64,000 bases of DNA from Spirochaetota bacterium (GCA_965205605.1 CBDBHE010000005.1:19805-83804), one strand, 5' to 3'; shown: positions 9,911 through 20,341, numbered from the stretch's first letter. The notes: generated by a model from the letters alone, not told the origin. Program-made: numbers and translations.

Positions 9911-11137
9911 GTGATGAAGCAAAAACTTATTACACGCATCTTACATTCCAATCGTTTAGATAAAATAGAACACGGTTCTTTACACAAACCGATCCACTCC
10001 TCTGTTGCCTTTAATTATGAAAAAGTAGAAGACTTAATCAATGTTTTTCAAAACAAAACAAAAGGATATTCTTATGGGCGTCAATCAAATCCAACGATTA
10101 CAGCTTTAGAAAAAAAAATTAATCAAATGGAAGACGGAGTAGGTAGTGTTTGTTTTTCTACAGGCATGGCCTCAATTGCCACAACTTGTCTTGCTCTTCT
10201 AAAAAAAGGCGATCACTTAATTTCAAGTCAATTTCTTTTTGGAAATACAAACAGTCTTTTTAGAACTCTTGAAAGAATAGGCATCGGTGTTTCTTTTGTT
10301 GATGCAACTCAAGTAGAAAACATTGAAAAAAAAATTTACAGCAAAACCAAAATTATTTTTGTTGAAACCATTGCCAATCCAAAAACTCAAATTGCGGATC
10401 TTCTTAAAATAGGTGAACTTTGCAAAAAAAAAAACTTAGTTTATATTATTGATAATACCATAACAACATCTTATTTATTTAGTCCCAAAGCAGCTGGAGC
10501 TAGTTTTAGTTTAATTTCCTTAACTAAATATATCGCCGGTCATGGCAATACTCTTGGAGGTTGTATTACTGACTTAGGAAATTATAACTGGGAAAACTTT
10601 GATAATATCTTAGATATTTATAAATCTCAAGATAAAAAAAGTTGGGCTCTACTACAAATTAAAAAAAAAGGACTCAGAGATTTTGGATCAACGCTTTCTC
10701 CTTTAGAAAGTCACCTTATTTCTATTGGAATGGAAACTCTTTTTCTTAGAATGGAAAAACAATGTCAAAATACCAAAAAACTTTGTGATTTTTTAGAACA
10801 ACACTCAAAAATCGATCAAGTTTTTTATCCAGGTTCTAAACAACATCCTCAACACAAAAGAGCAAAAAAATTACTTCATCATTTCGGAGCTATTTTTTCT
10901 TTTACTTTAAAAAAAGAATCCGATTGTTTGAAAATGATCAATCGTTTAAAAGTAGCCATTGTTTCTAGCAATTTAGGAGACGTAAGGACTCTTGTGATCC
11001 CTGTAGCAAAAACTATTTTTTATGAAATAGGTCCTGAGAGAAGAAAAAAAATGGGGATTAATGAGTCAATGATAAGGGTTTCAGTGGGCATTGAAGCCAT
11101 TGAAGATCTTATCGAAGATTTCAAACAAGCTTTATAA
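9911..11137 (+). CDS. Cys/Met metabolism PLP enzyme (cystathionine gamma-synthase / O-acylhomoserine sulfhydrylase family)
   Basis: YSYGRQSNPT, STGMASI, ETIANP, DNT, SLTKYIAGHG (PLP Lys), NLGDVRTL, RVSVGIE. Confidence 0.88.
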   Translation: MMKQKLITRILHSNRLDKIEHGSLHKPIHSSVAFNYEKVEDLINVFQNKTKGYSYGRQSNPTITALEKKINQMEDGVGSVCFSTGMASIATTCLALLKKGDHLISSQFLFGNTNSLFRTLERIGIGVSFVDATQVENIEKKIYSKTKIIFVETIANPKTQIADLLKIGELCKKKNLVYIIDNTITTSYLFSPKAAGASFSLISLTKYIAGHGNTLGGCITDLGNYNWENFDNILDIYKSQDKKSWALLQIKKKGLRDFGSTLSPLESHLISIGMETLFLRMEKQCQNTKKLCDFLEQHSKIDQVFYPGSKQHPQHKRAKKLLHHFGAIFSFTLKKESDCLKMINRLKVAIVSSNLGDVRTLVIPVAKTIFYEIGPERRKKMGINESMIRVSVGIEAIEDLIEDFKQAL

Positions 11138-11199
11138 AAAAAATAAAATAAAATAAAAAATCATTAAAATGAAAATAAAAATAGACGATATTAACTACT

Positions 11200-11246
11200 A
11201 TAGTACCTTCCCTACCCCCTCTAAGGGAAGGTATTATTTTCTTTTT
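11200..11246 (+). terminator. Intrinsic terminator
   Basis: ATAGTACCTTCCCT / AGGGAAGGTATTAT 14-bp stem (one G-U), 10-nt loop, followed by TTTCTTTTT. Confidence 0.75.
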
Positions 11247-11293
11247 CTTCAAAGTTTTATTTTTTAGCGACAACCTTATTTATTCATAAAAAG

Positions 11294-12307
11294 ATGCTTC
11301 TTCTAAAAACTCTTGAAAACAAAAATCATTCTAGACCTCCTATTTGGTTTATGAGGCAAGCAGGTAGATGTCTTAAAGCCTATAGAGACCTTAAACAAAA
11401 ATATGACTTCAAAACACTCATGACCACTCCTAAGCTTGCCGCTGAAGTTACTTTGCAACCTATTCATTACTTAAAAGTTGATGCAGCCATTTTGTTTAGT
11501 GATATTTTAGTGATTCCAGAATCTTTAGGGATTAAAGTATCTTTTGAAAAAAAACCCGTCCTTAAAAATATTTTAAGTGAATCTAAAGGAAAATTAAATT
11601 CTTCTTTATTCACAAAAAATCCTCTTGAAAAAACATATCAAGCCATCAAAGAAACTCTTAAAAAAAAACCAAAAAACATTCCTTTAATTGGATTTTGTGG
11701 AGGCCCTTTAACTGTTTTTCTATACATGTGGCAAGGCAATCGTAATCACGGAAACTTTGATGAAGCGATTAAAGCAATTTATCAATTTCCTTCTCAAGTT
11801 TCTACTATTATTAAAATTATTAGCGAAGCTTCAATTGAATATGCTTTAAAACAAACTAAAGCCGGAATTAATGTCTTTCAAATTTTTGAAACTTTGGCAG
11901 GTACAATTCCAATTAATTTATACATGACTCATTTTTTCCCTTACGTCCTTCAAATGGCTAAAGCCATAAAAAAAGAAGGAATCCCTATTATTTTTTTCCC
12001 TAGATTATTTGGAATAGGGTATGAACAGATTCCAAAAAACTCTTTTGATGCTATTGGGATCGATTGGCAAACTCCCTTAGAAATAGCTAGAAAAAAAATT
12101 CACAAAAAAACTTGTCTTCAAGGCAACTTGGATCCTAGGCTTCTTGCAACTGGTTTCTCTTCTTTAACACAAAAACTTGAAACTCTTCATCAATTTGGAA
12201 AAAAAAATAAAAATTGGATTATCAACCTAGGTCACGGTATCTTACCAGAAACAAAAGAAAAATCTCTTCTTAAATTAGTCCAGTGGGTAAAACAAACTAA
12301 TTGGTGA
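11294..12307 (+). CDS. hemE: Uroporphyrinogen decarboxylase
   Basis: PIWFMRQAGR, DAAILFSDIL, LIGFCGGP, QGNLDP, NLGHGI. Confidence 0.95.
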   Translation: MLLLKTLENKNHSRPPIWFMRQAGRCLKAYRDLKQKYDFKTLMTTPKLAAEVTLQPIHYLKVDAAILFSDILVIPESLGIKVSFEKKPVLKNILSESKGKLNSSLFTKNPLEKTYQAIKETLKKKPKNIPLIGFCGGPLTVFLYMWQGNRNHGNFDEAIKAIYQFPSQVSTIIKIISEASIEYALKQTKAGINVFQIFETLAGTIPINLYMTHFFPYVLQMAKAIKKEGIPIIFFPRLFGIGYEQIPKNSFDAIGIDWQTPLEIARKKIHKKTCLQGNLDPRLLATGFSSLTQKLETLHQFGKKNKNWIINLGHGILPETKEKSLLKLVQWVKQTNW

Positions 12308-12315
12308 CCCCCTAT

Positions 12316-15273
12316 TTAGAAATCAAATCCAATAAAGAAAAAAGTATTCCATTTCCCTAAATTATGGCCTGTATGAGGCATCGAAAAATCAAGCTTCATT
12401 GGAAAAATTAAAAATAACCAACGAAGTCCTACCCCAAAACTCGCTTTTAAATCTTTATAAATTAATTTACTTCCTTCAATTTCCCAAGGATTAAATTGAG
12501 TAATATCATTATAAGCTGTCCCAATATCATAAAAAATAATTCCATTAATATTACCAAAAAAAAGAGGAATTGGGAAAAAAAATTTCGCAAACTCTAAAAA
12601 AGTTGTTCGATATTCAATATTAAAGAGATGCATATAGTTTCCTCTAAGAAAACGAAAAGGATACCCCCGAATATTTGGATAATTAGGACTCACCGCTCCG
12701 CCTCCTACATAATAATTAAATTTATCTCGATCCTTTCCAAAAGCTCCCCCTGATAAAAAACGCATCGCCAAACTCGAGTTTTTTGTGACAAGCAAATACT
12801 TTCTAAAATCTAAAAAAACTCTCGAAAAACTAAAAAAATAATCACCCCATAAATTAGGCGAATACTCTATCGATGCATAAGAACGTTCATTATCAATAGG
12901 GTGCAAAAAACCAAATAAAGTAGAATCATGAGTATACGATAATGAAATAGGAATCGAAAATTTTCCAAACTCTTGAAATGAACGATCAATATATTGCTCA
13001 TTAAAATCTAAAAAATTCCTTTCAATCCAAGAAGGAGAAAAAGCTAAATCTACTCGATTATACTTATTAAAAGAATATCTTAAAAATCCCCCAAAAGCAT
13101 AATTTTTATCAATAAAACCTGCATAATTATTAAGCAAATTTTCTGTATCGACATAACCTCTTTTAGAAGAAATAAAAGAAAGAGAATGGTATTGATTAAA
13201 AGCAATATAATAGCCATAATTAATCCTATTTTTAGTATCAAGATATTGGCTCGTTGTGACGGTATTAAGAAGGTTATAGCCCACATCATATGAAATAATC
13301 GCATCAATATCCAATCGATAATCATTTAAAATATCACTAAAAGACGTTACTATTTGCCCAAAAAACCAACCTTGCAAACCCGTAGAACTCCCTCCTAAAA
13401 CAAGATAAAGATTATCTGAACTTAAAGAAGGTTTGTAAAAACTTGATGATAAAGTATTTTCAATTGTATTGTTATCACTAACTAAAATATCTTCTTCTTC
13501 TTCTTTTTCTTGAGCAATTAAAGATTTTTTTTCTTTTTTTAATGAATTTTCATAAACAGCAAAAGATTCTTTTTGGTATTGTTCTAAATTAATTTTTGTT
13601 GAAAAAACATCAAAAGCTCCTAATTGAAACTGTGTGTAAATAATTTTACTACCATCATAAGACCAATTTGGGTAAGAAATCCCTCCAAAAATATCCGTGA
13701 CTTGAAAAATCTCTTTCGTTTTAAGATCTTGAATGTAAATATTGGCAACTCCTTTTTTTTCAGAAATAAAAGCCAATTTTTTATAATCTGGAGAATAAAT
13801 AGGATAAGATTCGTTATGTTCATTTGAAGTCAAACGAACACTTTTAAATGTTTTAAACTCAAATGAATAAAGATTTTTTTTAAAAGAAAAACTTGAAAAT
13901 CCTTTGTTACAAGCATACACAATGCTTCTAGAGTCAGGTGCCCAACAAGGAAAAGATTCTGTATAAATATCATCTGTCAATTTATCTAATGTCCCGCTTT
14001 TCAAATCAAATAAATAAAGATCTACTTGTTTGCCATCAAATCCAGAAAAAACAACTTTTTCTCCATTAGGTGAAAGACGAGACCCATAAACTCCATTTAA
14101 ATTAACGCCTTTGCTTTTGATGATTTTATTTTTCTTAACATCATAAATATTAAAAAAATAAGTCGCTCCTGACCTCGATGAAAATAAAAGAAATTTTCTT
14201 GTTTTATCAAAAGATAAAATGTTATTTAAAACATTAATGCTTTCAAATGAAGCCTCTTGATCTGAAGATGCAATGACTTTGACAATTTCTTTATTTTTAA
14301 TAGAATATTTAACAATTTGAGGATACTTTTTTTCATTACTAATCATGTAAAAAAAATGGTCATTACTTGCAAACACAGGACTAAAATTAATAATTGATGA
14401 ATTCTTTAAATGAGAAGTATGTTGCTTTGCTTCACGATTAGTTGAAATGACTTGATCTGAAATCGTCTTCCAATAATGTTTTTTTAAAAAAAAATGCCAT
14501 TTTTTACTAGCTTCTTCTTTCGAAATCCCCAAGACTTCTTCAAATGTTTTTTTTGAGTCTTTTTTCAACATACTATGAATAAAATGATAAAGCTTATCCT
14601 TTCCATAATACTTCTCTAGCCAATAAAAAAAACCTTGTGCCCCTTTATACACATAGTAATAACGTTTACCAAGACGATATGGATTTTCTAATTCTTCAAT
14701 TGTTGGCAAAACTCCATGAATAATCCCATCTCTTAGGTATGATTCTGTTTTTGGATCTAGACCCAGGGTGATGTATTCTGCTGAGCCTTCCATAAACCAA
14801 AGCATTGAAGAAGAAAAACGATTAAAAGAATAAGACTTCTGATTATTTAATAAGTCAAACTGAAAAGCATGATTTAGTTCATGGATTAAAACATGTCGAA
14901 ACTCTTCTCTCTTCCCATTAAACGGTAAAACAACTCGATTTCTTGCAATTTCTGTAAATCCCCCTGTAGATTCACCTAAAATGCCACTACTAATATTATT
15001 ATTCTCAAACTCAAAAGAAGAACTAAAAATAATAATTGGTATCACCTGACTCAACTCATGCTGATACGCTTTAGAAAGTTTATCAATAGCCTCCTCAGCA
15101 ATGTCTGCTACCAACTTCCCAATGTCTTTATTTTGTTTCTCTATGTAAATATCAAAATGTATTGTCTTTTGAACAATCCAATTTTTGTCATAATATTGGA
15201 CTTTGTTTTTACCAAAATAATAACAAAAAAGAAATTCAAAAATTAATAAAAAAGAAAAAAGAACAGTCTTCAT
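12316..15273 (-). CDS. Secreted metallopeptidase-like + TolB/PD40 beta-propeller + Omp85/BamA-type barrel fusion
   Basis: Signal peptide then FGKNKVQY; HELNH...WFMEG (HExxH..E); PD40-like repeats (SPNGEKVVF, WAPDS, YSPDYKKLAF, WSYDG); IRGY motif, GVGLR, terminal FFIGFDF. Confidence 0.8.
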   Translation of the reverse strand: MKTVLFSFLLIFEFLFCYYFGKNKVQYYDKNWIVQKTIHFDIYIEKQNKDIGKLVADIAEEAIDKLSKAYQHELSQVIPIIIFSSSFEFENNNISSGILGESTGGFTEIARNRVVLPFNGKREEFRHVLIHELNHAFQFDLLNNQKSYSFNRFSSSMLWFMEGSAEYITLGLDPKTESYLRDGIIHGVLPTIEELENPYRLGKRYYYVYKGAQGFFYWLEKYYGKDKLYHFIHSMLKKDSKKTFEEVLGISKEEASKKWHFFLKKHYWKTISDQVISTNREAKQHTSHLKNSSIINFSPVFASNDHFFYMISNEKKYPQIVKYSIKNKEIVKVIASSDQEASFESINVLNNILSFDKTRKFLLFSSRSGATYFFNIYDVKKNKIIKSKGVNLNGVYGSRLSPNGEKVVFSGFDGKQVDLYLFDLKSGTLDKLTDDIYTESFPCWAPDSRSIVYACNKGFSSFSFKKNLYSFEFKTFKSVRLTSNEHNESYPIYSPDYKKLAFISEKKGVANIYIQDLKTKEIFQVTDIFGGISYPNWSYDGSKIIYTQFQLGAFDVFSTKINLEQYQKESFAVYENSLKKEKKSLIAQEKEEEEDILVSDNNTIENTLSSSFYKPSLSSDNLYLVLGGSSTGLQGWFFGQIVTSFSDILNDYRLDIDAIISYDVGYNLLNTVTTSQYLDTKNRINYGYYIAFNQYHSLSFISSKRGYVDTENLLNNYAGFIDKNYAFGGFLRYSFNKYNRVDLAFSPSWIERNFLDFNEQYIDRSFQEFGKFSIPISLSYTHDSTLFGFLHPIDNERSYASIEYSPNLWGDYFFSFSRVFLDFRKYLLVTKNSSLAMRFLSGGAFGKDRDKFNYYVGGGAVSPNYPNIRGYPFRFLRGNYMHLFNIEYRTTFLEFAKFFFPIPLFFGNINGIIFYDIGTAYNDITQFNPWEIEGSKLIYKDLKASFGVGLRWLFLIFPMKLDFSMPHTGHNLGKWNTFFFIGFDF

Positions 15274-16070
15274 AAAATATCAAAATAAAAATGAAACCCT
15301 AAAACAAGTTGATCCATAGGAGACTCTCCCGATGAGTACAAAATCTTACTCAAACCTAAATTAAAAGAAAGATAACGAAGCAAATGATATGAAAACAAAA
15401 ATTCAAAAGTATGTCTTTCTGTAGCCCTAAAAACATTATTAATTCCTTTATAACCAAGCTTCATATTGATATAATAATTAAAATAAATAATAAAACCCAA
15501 AGAAAAATCAAAATAAGCTTCCCTAAAAGCTAAGTCTTTAGGATTGACATTAAAAGAGCCTTCTAGATGAAGCGGCAATGTGAAAATAGGGACTTGAAAC
15601 GCAGAATATGTTTTTAATGATTTCGCATAATTAAGAACCCACCTTTGTTCACCGAGCAAAAGATCATTTGATTGATGATCAACATACCCTAAGCCAATTC
15701 TAAATGGTCTCAAATGATAAAAAACGCCTGTTTCAAAATGATGTTGAAATAAAGAAGAAATAGATTGATAAGTTTCATTAAACTGATTATAAAAAGATAA
15801 ATTAGGATAAAAAAAATGTTGATTTAAAAAAAAAGAAAAATTATTATAATTTAAAAAACTAGTCACTTTTAAAAAATAAACATCTTGTACTAAAATCTGA
15901 TCCGAATTATCAACCAATGCCCCTTTTTGATAAGTATTATCCAGTCTAGCTCTCTGCTGGACATATTGAAATGTTTGAGAAAACTGTAAAGTTGTTTTTT
16001 TATCTCGTTGATCACAAAACAACCCCTTATGTAGTAAAAGAAAAAAAAAAAACGATAAAAAACACTTCAT
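15270..16070 (-). CDS. Hypothetical exported protein, possible outer-membrane beta-barrel
   Basis: N-terminal hydrophobic signal; many alternating aromatic strands; ends LGFHFYFDIL. Confidence 0.55.
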   Translation of the reverse strand: MKCFLSFFFFLLLHKGLFCDQRDKKTTLQFSQTFQYVQQRARLDNTYQKGALVDNSDQILVQDVYFLKVTSFLNYNNFSFFLNQHFFYPNLSFYNQFNETYQSISSLFQHHFETGVFYHLRPFRIGLGYVDHQSNDLLLGEQRWVLNYAKSLKTYSAFQVPIFTLPLHLEGSFNVNPKDLAFREAYFDFSLGFIIYFNYYINMKLGYKGINNVFRATERHTFEFLFSYHLLRYLSFNLGLSKILYSSGESPMDQLVLGFHFYFDIL

Positions 16071-17233
16071 AAAAGTGGATTAATCTCCTTTACAGCAAGT
16101 CCTTTCAAAAGCAGCTGATTTCGTTTTTTATCAATTCCTTTATTTTGTCCTAATAAAAAATAAGCTTGTTTTTCTTTCACTAAAAAATCTTTATCATCAA
16201 AATCAACTAAAGCTGTATAAGTAACCGCTCCTTCTTCAAAGATAGAAAAAAGCCATAATTCTTCTTTAGTTTTTTGTTTAGAGAAAAACCCCTGCCACTT
16301 AATATACACATCTAAACAATGTTGATTGGTTAACAAAAAAGAAACTCCAAGATTATTTTTAAATTCTGAAAAATTAGGGTTTGGAATTAATTTTTTTAAC
16401 ATGTAAAACCTTTCTTTATAAATAAAACTAATCTCAGAAGCTCTTATTTGATTGTATAGCATAATAGCTTGATTATCTTGACGAGTTTGAACAAAGTGTT
16501 TCATTTTTTTATAATAGATAAAAATTTCTTCTGCTGTATGCCCCTGGGTGGCATTTGTTTTAGAAAAAACAGCTGTCTTTTCTGTTGTTTTTAAAAAAAA
16601 TTCTTTATCTGTATTTTTAAAAGTAAAATTCTTTAAAAAATCATCAAAATTAAAATTAGTAATTTTATTTTCCTTAATGAGAGTGTAAAAATAAAACATA
16701 GTACTTAATAAAAATAACAGTAAAATCAAAAGTAAAACCCACTTTAATTTTAAAAAATTTGACTTTTTTTGCTTCTTTTTTTTACCTGTGTTTAAATCCT
16801 CAAAAAGATTTTTAGGTAAAGAAAAAAAAGATTCAAAAGAGTATTTCTTAATTAAAATAGGTAAAGAACTTTTTTTAAGATTGGTTAAAATCCATTCTAC
16901 TTTTTTAACATAAAAAGCTGACTTTAAAAGTCTTGTATACTTCATGATTGCTTGCTTTTCACGACCTGCTAAAAGATCTGTGTAAGCTGAAAACATTAAT
17001 GCCGCTTGATGATTGGGGTCTACTTGTAAAATACTTTCTAAATGACTAACTGATAATTGAGGCCTTCCTTGCTTAACAAAAAGATAAGCAAGCAGTAAAT
17101 TGATTAAAGAATCTTTGGGAAAAGATTCTTGAAGAATAGAAGCTTTATCAAAAGCTTCATCGTATTTTTTTTTTTTAAAGAGCTTTTCTAGTTTTTTTAA
17201 GGTAACATCTTTTTTTAAGAAAGAAGGCCTCAC
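16067..17233 (-). CDS. TPR-repeat bitopic membrane protein
   Basis: N-terminal TPR-like helices (LLAYLFVKQG...ILQVDPNH), one TM (WVLLLILLLFLLSTMFYFY), C-terminal soluble domain. Confidence 0.7.
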   Translation of the reverse strand: MRPSFLKKDVTLKKLEKLFKKKKYDEAFDKASILQESFPKDSLINLLLAYLFVKQGRPQLSVSHLESILQVDPNHQAALMFSAYTDLLAGREKQAIMKYTRLLKSAFYVKKVEWILTNLKKSSLPILIKKYSFESFFSLPKNLFEDLNTGKKKKQKKSNFLKLKWVLLLILLLFLLSTMFYFYTLIKENKITNFNFDDFLKNFTFKNTDKEFFLKTTEKTAVFSKTNATQGHTAEEIFIYYKKMKHFVQTRQDNQAIMLYNQIRASEISFIYKERFYMLKKLIPNPNFSEFKNNLGVSFLLTNQHCLDVYIKWQGFFSKQKTKEELWLFSIFEEGAVTYTALVDFDDKDFLVKEKQAYFLLGQNKGIDKKRNQLLLKGLAVKEINPLL

Positions 17234-17280
17234 TACTTATCCAAAAAAGATTTTATTATTATAATTACTTAGGAAATCAA

Positions 17281-18618
17281 TCATAAAGTAAAATTATCTA
17301 AAAAATCAGTCCCAAAATCTCCTGTAGTAAAATTCTTGTCATTCATAACAGCAAAATTAAAAGGAATTGTTGTCGGCACTCCTTCAACAATAAACTCATC
17401 AAGCGAACGTTTCATTCGATTAATAGCCTCTTCTCTATCAATTCCCCAAACAATTAATTTAGCAATCAAAGAATCATAGTGAGGAGGAATCTCATAATTA
17501 GTATAACAATGAGAATCAATGCGTACCCCTAATCCTTGAGGTAAATGATAACGAGTAATTTTTCCAGGTTGAGGAGAAAAATTGTTATAAGGGTCTTCTG
17601 CATTAATTCGGCATTCTATAACATGCCCTCTAAAATTAATTTGATTTTGAGTGTAAGGAATTTTTTCACCATTAGCAACTTTAATTTGATATTTAACCAA
17701 ATCAATCCCTGTATATAACTCACTAATTGTATGCTCTACTTGTATGCGTGTATTCATTTCAATAAAATAAAAATTCATATGCTTATCAACTAAAAACTCA
17801 ACCGTTCCCGCTCCAACATAAGAAGCTTCTTGAGCGACTTTAATGGCTGCATCTGCGATTTTTTTTCTTATTTTAGAATTAATAAAAGAAGAAGGGGTTT
17901 CTTCAATAAGTTTTTGATGCCTTCTTTGAATCGAACAATCTCTTTCTCCTAAATGAAGAATTTTTCCATATTGATCCCCTAAAATTTGTACTTCTATATG
18001 ATGAGGCTGCTCAATGTATTTTTCCAAATAAATATCCGAATTACCAAAATTAACCGCTGATTCATTTTTAGCAAGATCAAAATTTTCTTTAAGCTCTACT
18101 TTATCCCAACAAATTCTCATTCCTTTTCCCCCTCCCCCGGCACTGGCTTTAAGAATCACAGGGTACTTAATCTTATTAGCTTGAAGAACAGCTTCTGCTT
18201 TAGAGGTTAAAATACCTGTTCCAGGTACAATAGGGACACCTGCCTTTTTAACAGCTTCTCTAGCAGTTGACTTGTTTCCCATTTTTAAAATAACGTCTTT
18301 TTTAGGCCCAATAAAATTAATCTTATTAGCCTCACAAGCTTCAGAAAAAGAAGCATTCTCTGACAAAAATCCATATCCCGGATGAACCGCATCGGCTCCT
18401 GTAATTTCTACAGCAGCAATAATCCTTGGTATATTTAAATACGAATCTGTTGAAGAGGGTTCTCCAATACAAACATCTTCATCAGAAAAAAAACGATGAA
18501 GCGAATTCTCATCCGCTGTTGAATGCACCGAAACCGTTTTAATACCAAGCTCTTTACAAGCCCGTATCACTCTAAGAGCAATCTCTCCTCGATTAGCAAC
18601 TAAAACTTTTTTAATCAC
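17281..18618 (-). CDS. accC: Biotin carboxylase
   Basis: VLVANRGEIA, HPGYGFLSEN, GGGGKGM, ERDCSIQRRHQK, EMNTRIQVEH, RINAED. Confidence 0.97.
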   Translation of the reverse strand: MIKKVLVANRGEIALRVIRACKELGIKTVSVHSTADENSLHRFFSDEDVCIGEPSSTDSYLNIPRIIAAVEITGADAVHPGYGFLSENASFSEACEANKINFIGPKKDVILKMGNKSTAREAVKKAGVPIVPGTGILTSKAEAVLQANKIKYPVILKASAGGGGKGMRICWDKVELKENFDLAKNESAVNFGNSDIYLEKYIEQPHHIEVQILGDQYGKILHLGERDCSIQRRHQKLIEETPSSFINSKIRKKIADAAIKVAQEASYVGAGTVEFLVDKHMNFYFIEMNTRIQVEHTISELYTGIDLVKYQIKVANGEKIPYTQNQINFRGHVIECRINAEDPYNNFSPQPGKITRYHLPQGLGVRIDSHCYTNYEIPPHYDSLIAKLIVWGIDREEAINRMKRSLDEFIVEGVPTTIPFNFAVMNDKNFTTGDFGTDFLDNFTL

Positions 18619-18650
18619 GTAATAATAAATCCAAATAAATTACTTTAAAG

Positions 18651-19106
18651 CTATTCTAAGCGAATAACCGGTTGTCCATATTCAACTGGCTGCCCTTCTT
18701 CTACAAGAAAATTAACAATCTTACCATTTTTAGCCGCCACAAGATTGTTGGGTATCTTAAGAGAAATGACCCTAGCAACCACATCTCCTTTTTTAACCAC
18801 GTCTCTTAATTTAACATATTGCTTTTTATTAGGACCAAAGCGACTAAAAAACCCTACTTGATTGGAGCAAATATCATTTTTACTAATTTTTTGTTTTTTA
18901 AAATCCCCTTTCTTATTAATGTCACTAGGTTGTTCTACAGTATTCACTCCTTCAAAATCAGGGGAAGAAAAATCTTTTTGTTCAGATAAAATCTTTTCTT
19001 CTCCTTTAATAAGGTTGATTTTAAAATTCTTTGACTCTATTGTTAGCTGATTAATTGACTTTCCTTGAATAGACTTGTAAATAGAATCTAAAAATTTTAC
19101 ATCCAC
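18651..19106 (-). CDS. accB: Biotin carboxyl carrier protein-like, atypical biotinylation motif
   Basis: C-terminal VKKGDVV...GKIVNFLVEEGQPVEYGQPVI and position upstream of accC; EAMKM reads ISLKI. Confidence 0.75.
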   Translation of the reverse strand: MDVKFLDSIYKSIQGKSINQLTIESKNFKINLIKGEEKILSEQKDFSSPDFEGVNTVEQPSDINKKGDFKKQKISKNDICSNQVGFFSRFGPNKKQYVKLRDVVKKGDVVARVISLKIPNNLVAAKNGKIVNFLVEEGQPVEYGQPVIRLE

Positions 19107-19272
19107 AATGTTCTCGCTTGTAGTTTATCTTATAAATAAATAAAAATAATCTAATTTCAAAAATTAGATTAGTAAATAATAAGTTAAGAGTATATCATTA
19201 ATTGATTAATTTTCAAATGAATGTTAATTTAATCATTTACTTTTTAAAAAGTAAAAAGGCTTTTTTAAAAAA

Positions 19273-19608
19273 ATGTTTTTAATTAAAAAAAAAAAATTAC
19301 TGATTTCTTTTTTATCTTTTTTTTTAATATTAATAAACTGTTCTTATTATAATAAAAATTCGTATTCAAAAAGGCTCATTCATTTTTATAAGCTATTGTC
19401 AAAAGAAGAAATTTCTTTTTTTAAAGAAGGTAAATTAAAAAAAGTTGCTGATTCATTAAATCAAAGCATTAAAACAAACCCAAATTTAAAAAAACAATGG
19501 AAACTTTTAAAAAAAAAAGAAGCCATTAATTTGTTTTCAGTTGAACAAACTATTATTTTCTTTTACCAACATTTCTACCTTAAAACTAATCCAAAAAAAA
19601 TTCATTAA
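19273..19608 (+). CDS. Hypothetical, possible lipoprotein
   Basis: Basic N-terminus, hydrophobic stretch, then LILINC. Confidence 0.5.
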   Translation: MFLIKKKKLLISFLSFFLILINCSYYNKNSYSKRLIHFYKLLSKEEISFFKEGKLKKVADSLNQSIKTNPNLKKQWKLLKKKEAINLFSVEQTIIFFYQHFYLKTNPKKIH

Positions 19609-19635
19609 ATTGTTTTTACTTAATTTTTCGAAAAA

Positions 19636-20166
19636 ATGAATCATGAGATACAAAAAATAGAAGCAATTTTAATTTTAGAAAATCAAGCTGTTGAACTATT
19701 AAAAATTAATCAATTAACTAAAATCGAAATTAATAAAATTGATTCTTTAATTGAAACTCTTAACAAAAAATACGATTTGATTCAATCCGTTTTTTATATT
19801 AAAAAAATAGCTTCTTCCTATCAAATTACTTTACGAGGAAACTACAATGAAATTATACCAGAAGAATATAAAATAAAAAAAAAAAAAATATCAAAAGCTT
19901 TTCTAGAAACACTAGCTATTATTGCTTACAAACAACCTATTACAAAAATAGAAATCAACAATATTAGAGGAGTTAATAGTAATAATCATATTAAATTTTT
20001 ATTAGAAGAAAATTTTATTAAAACAGCTGGGAAAAAAAATATATTAGGAAAACCCACTTTATATAAAACAACTTCTAAATTTCTAGAGTATTTTGGGTTA
20101 TCTTCTTTAAAAAGCTTACCCAATATAAAAGAGATCAAGACTTACGATTTTTTAGAAGAAAAATAA
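19636..20166 (+). CDS. scpB: SMC-Scp complex subunit ScpB
   Basis: LETLAIIAYKQPIT..EI..IRGV, GKPTLYKTTSKFLEYFGL..L..LP. Confidence 0.93.
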   Translation: MNHEIQKIEAILILENQAVELLKINQLTKIEINKIDSLIETLNKKYDLIQSVFYIKKIASSYQITLRGNYNEIIPEEYKIKKKKISKAFLETLAIIAYKQPITKIEINNIRGVNSNNHIKFLLEENFIKTAGKKNILGKPTLYKTTSKFLEYFGLSSLKSLPNIKEIKTYDFLEEK

Positions 20167-20306
20167 AAAAATTCAGTAAAAACAAAGAGAAGAGACTATT
20201 TTAGAAAGAAATCAACACCTATAATAGATTATAGATAAAAGAGTTAAACAAAAATTAATAAAGAAGCTATAAATTTGACACCAAAGAGAAATCTTATAAT
20301 ATAATC

Positions 20307-20341
20307 AAGTATAAACTTTACTTGTTTATACTTTTTTTTTT
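20307..20341 (+). terminator. Hairpin + U-tract between scpB and flaB
   Basis: AAGTATAAAC-N7-GTTTATACTT perfect 10-bp stem followed by a T-run to 20341. Confidence 0.55.
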
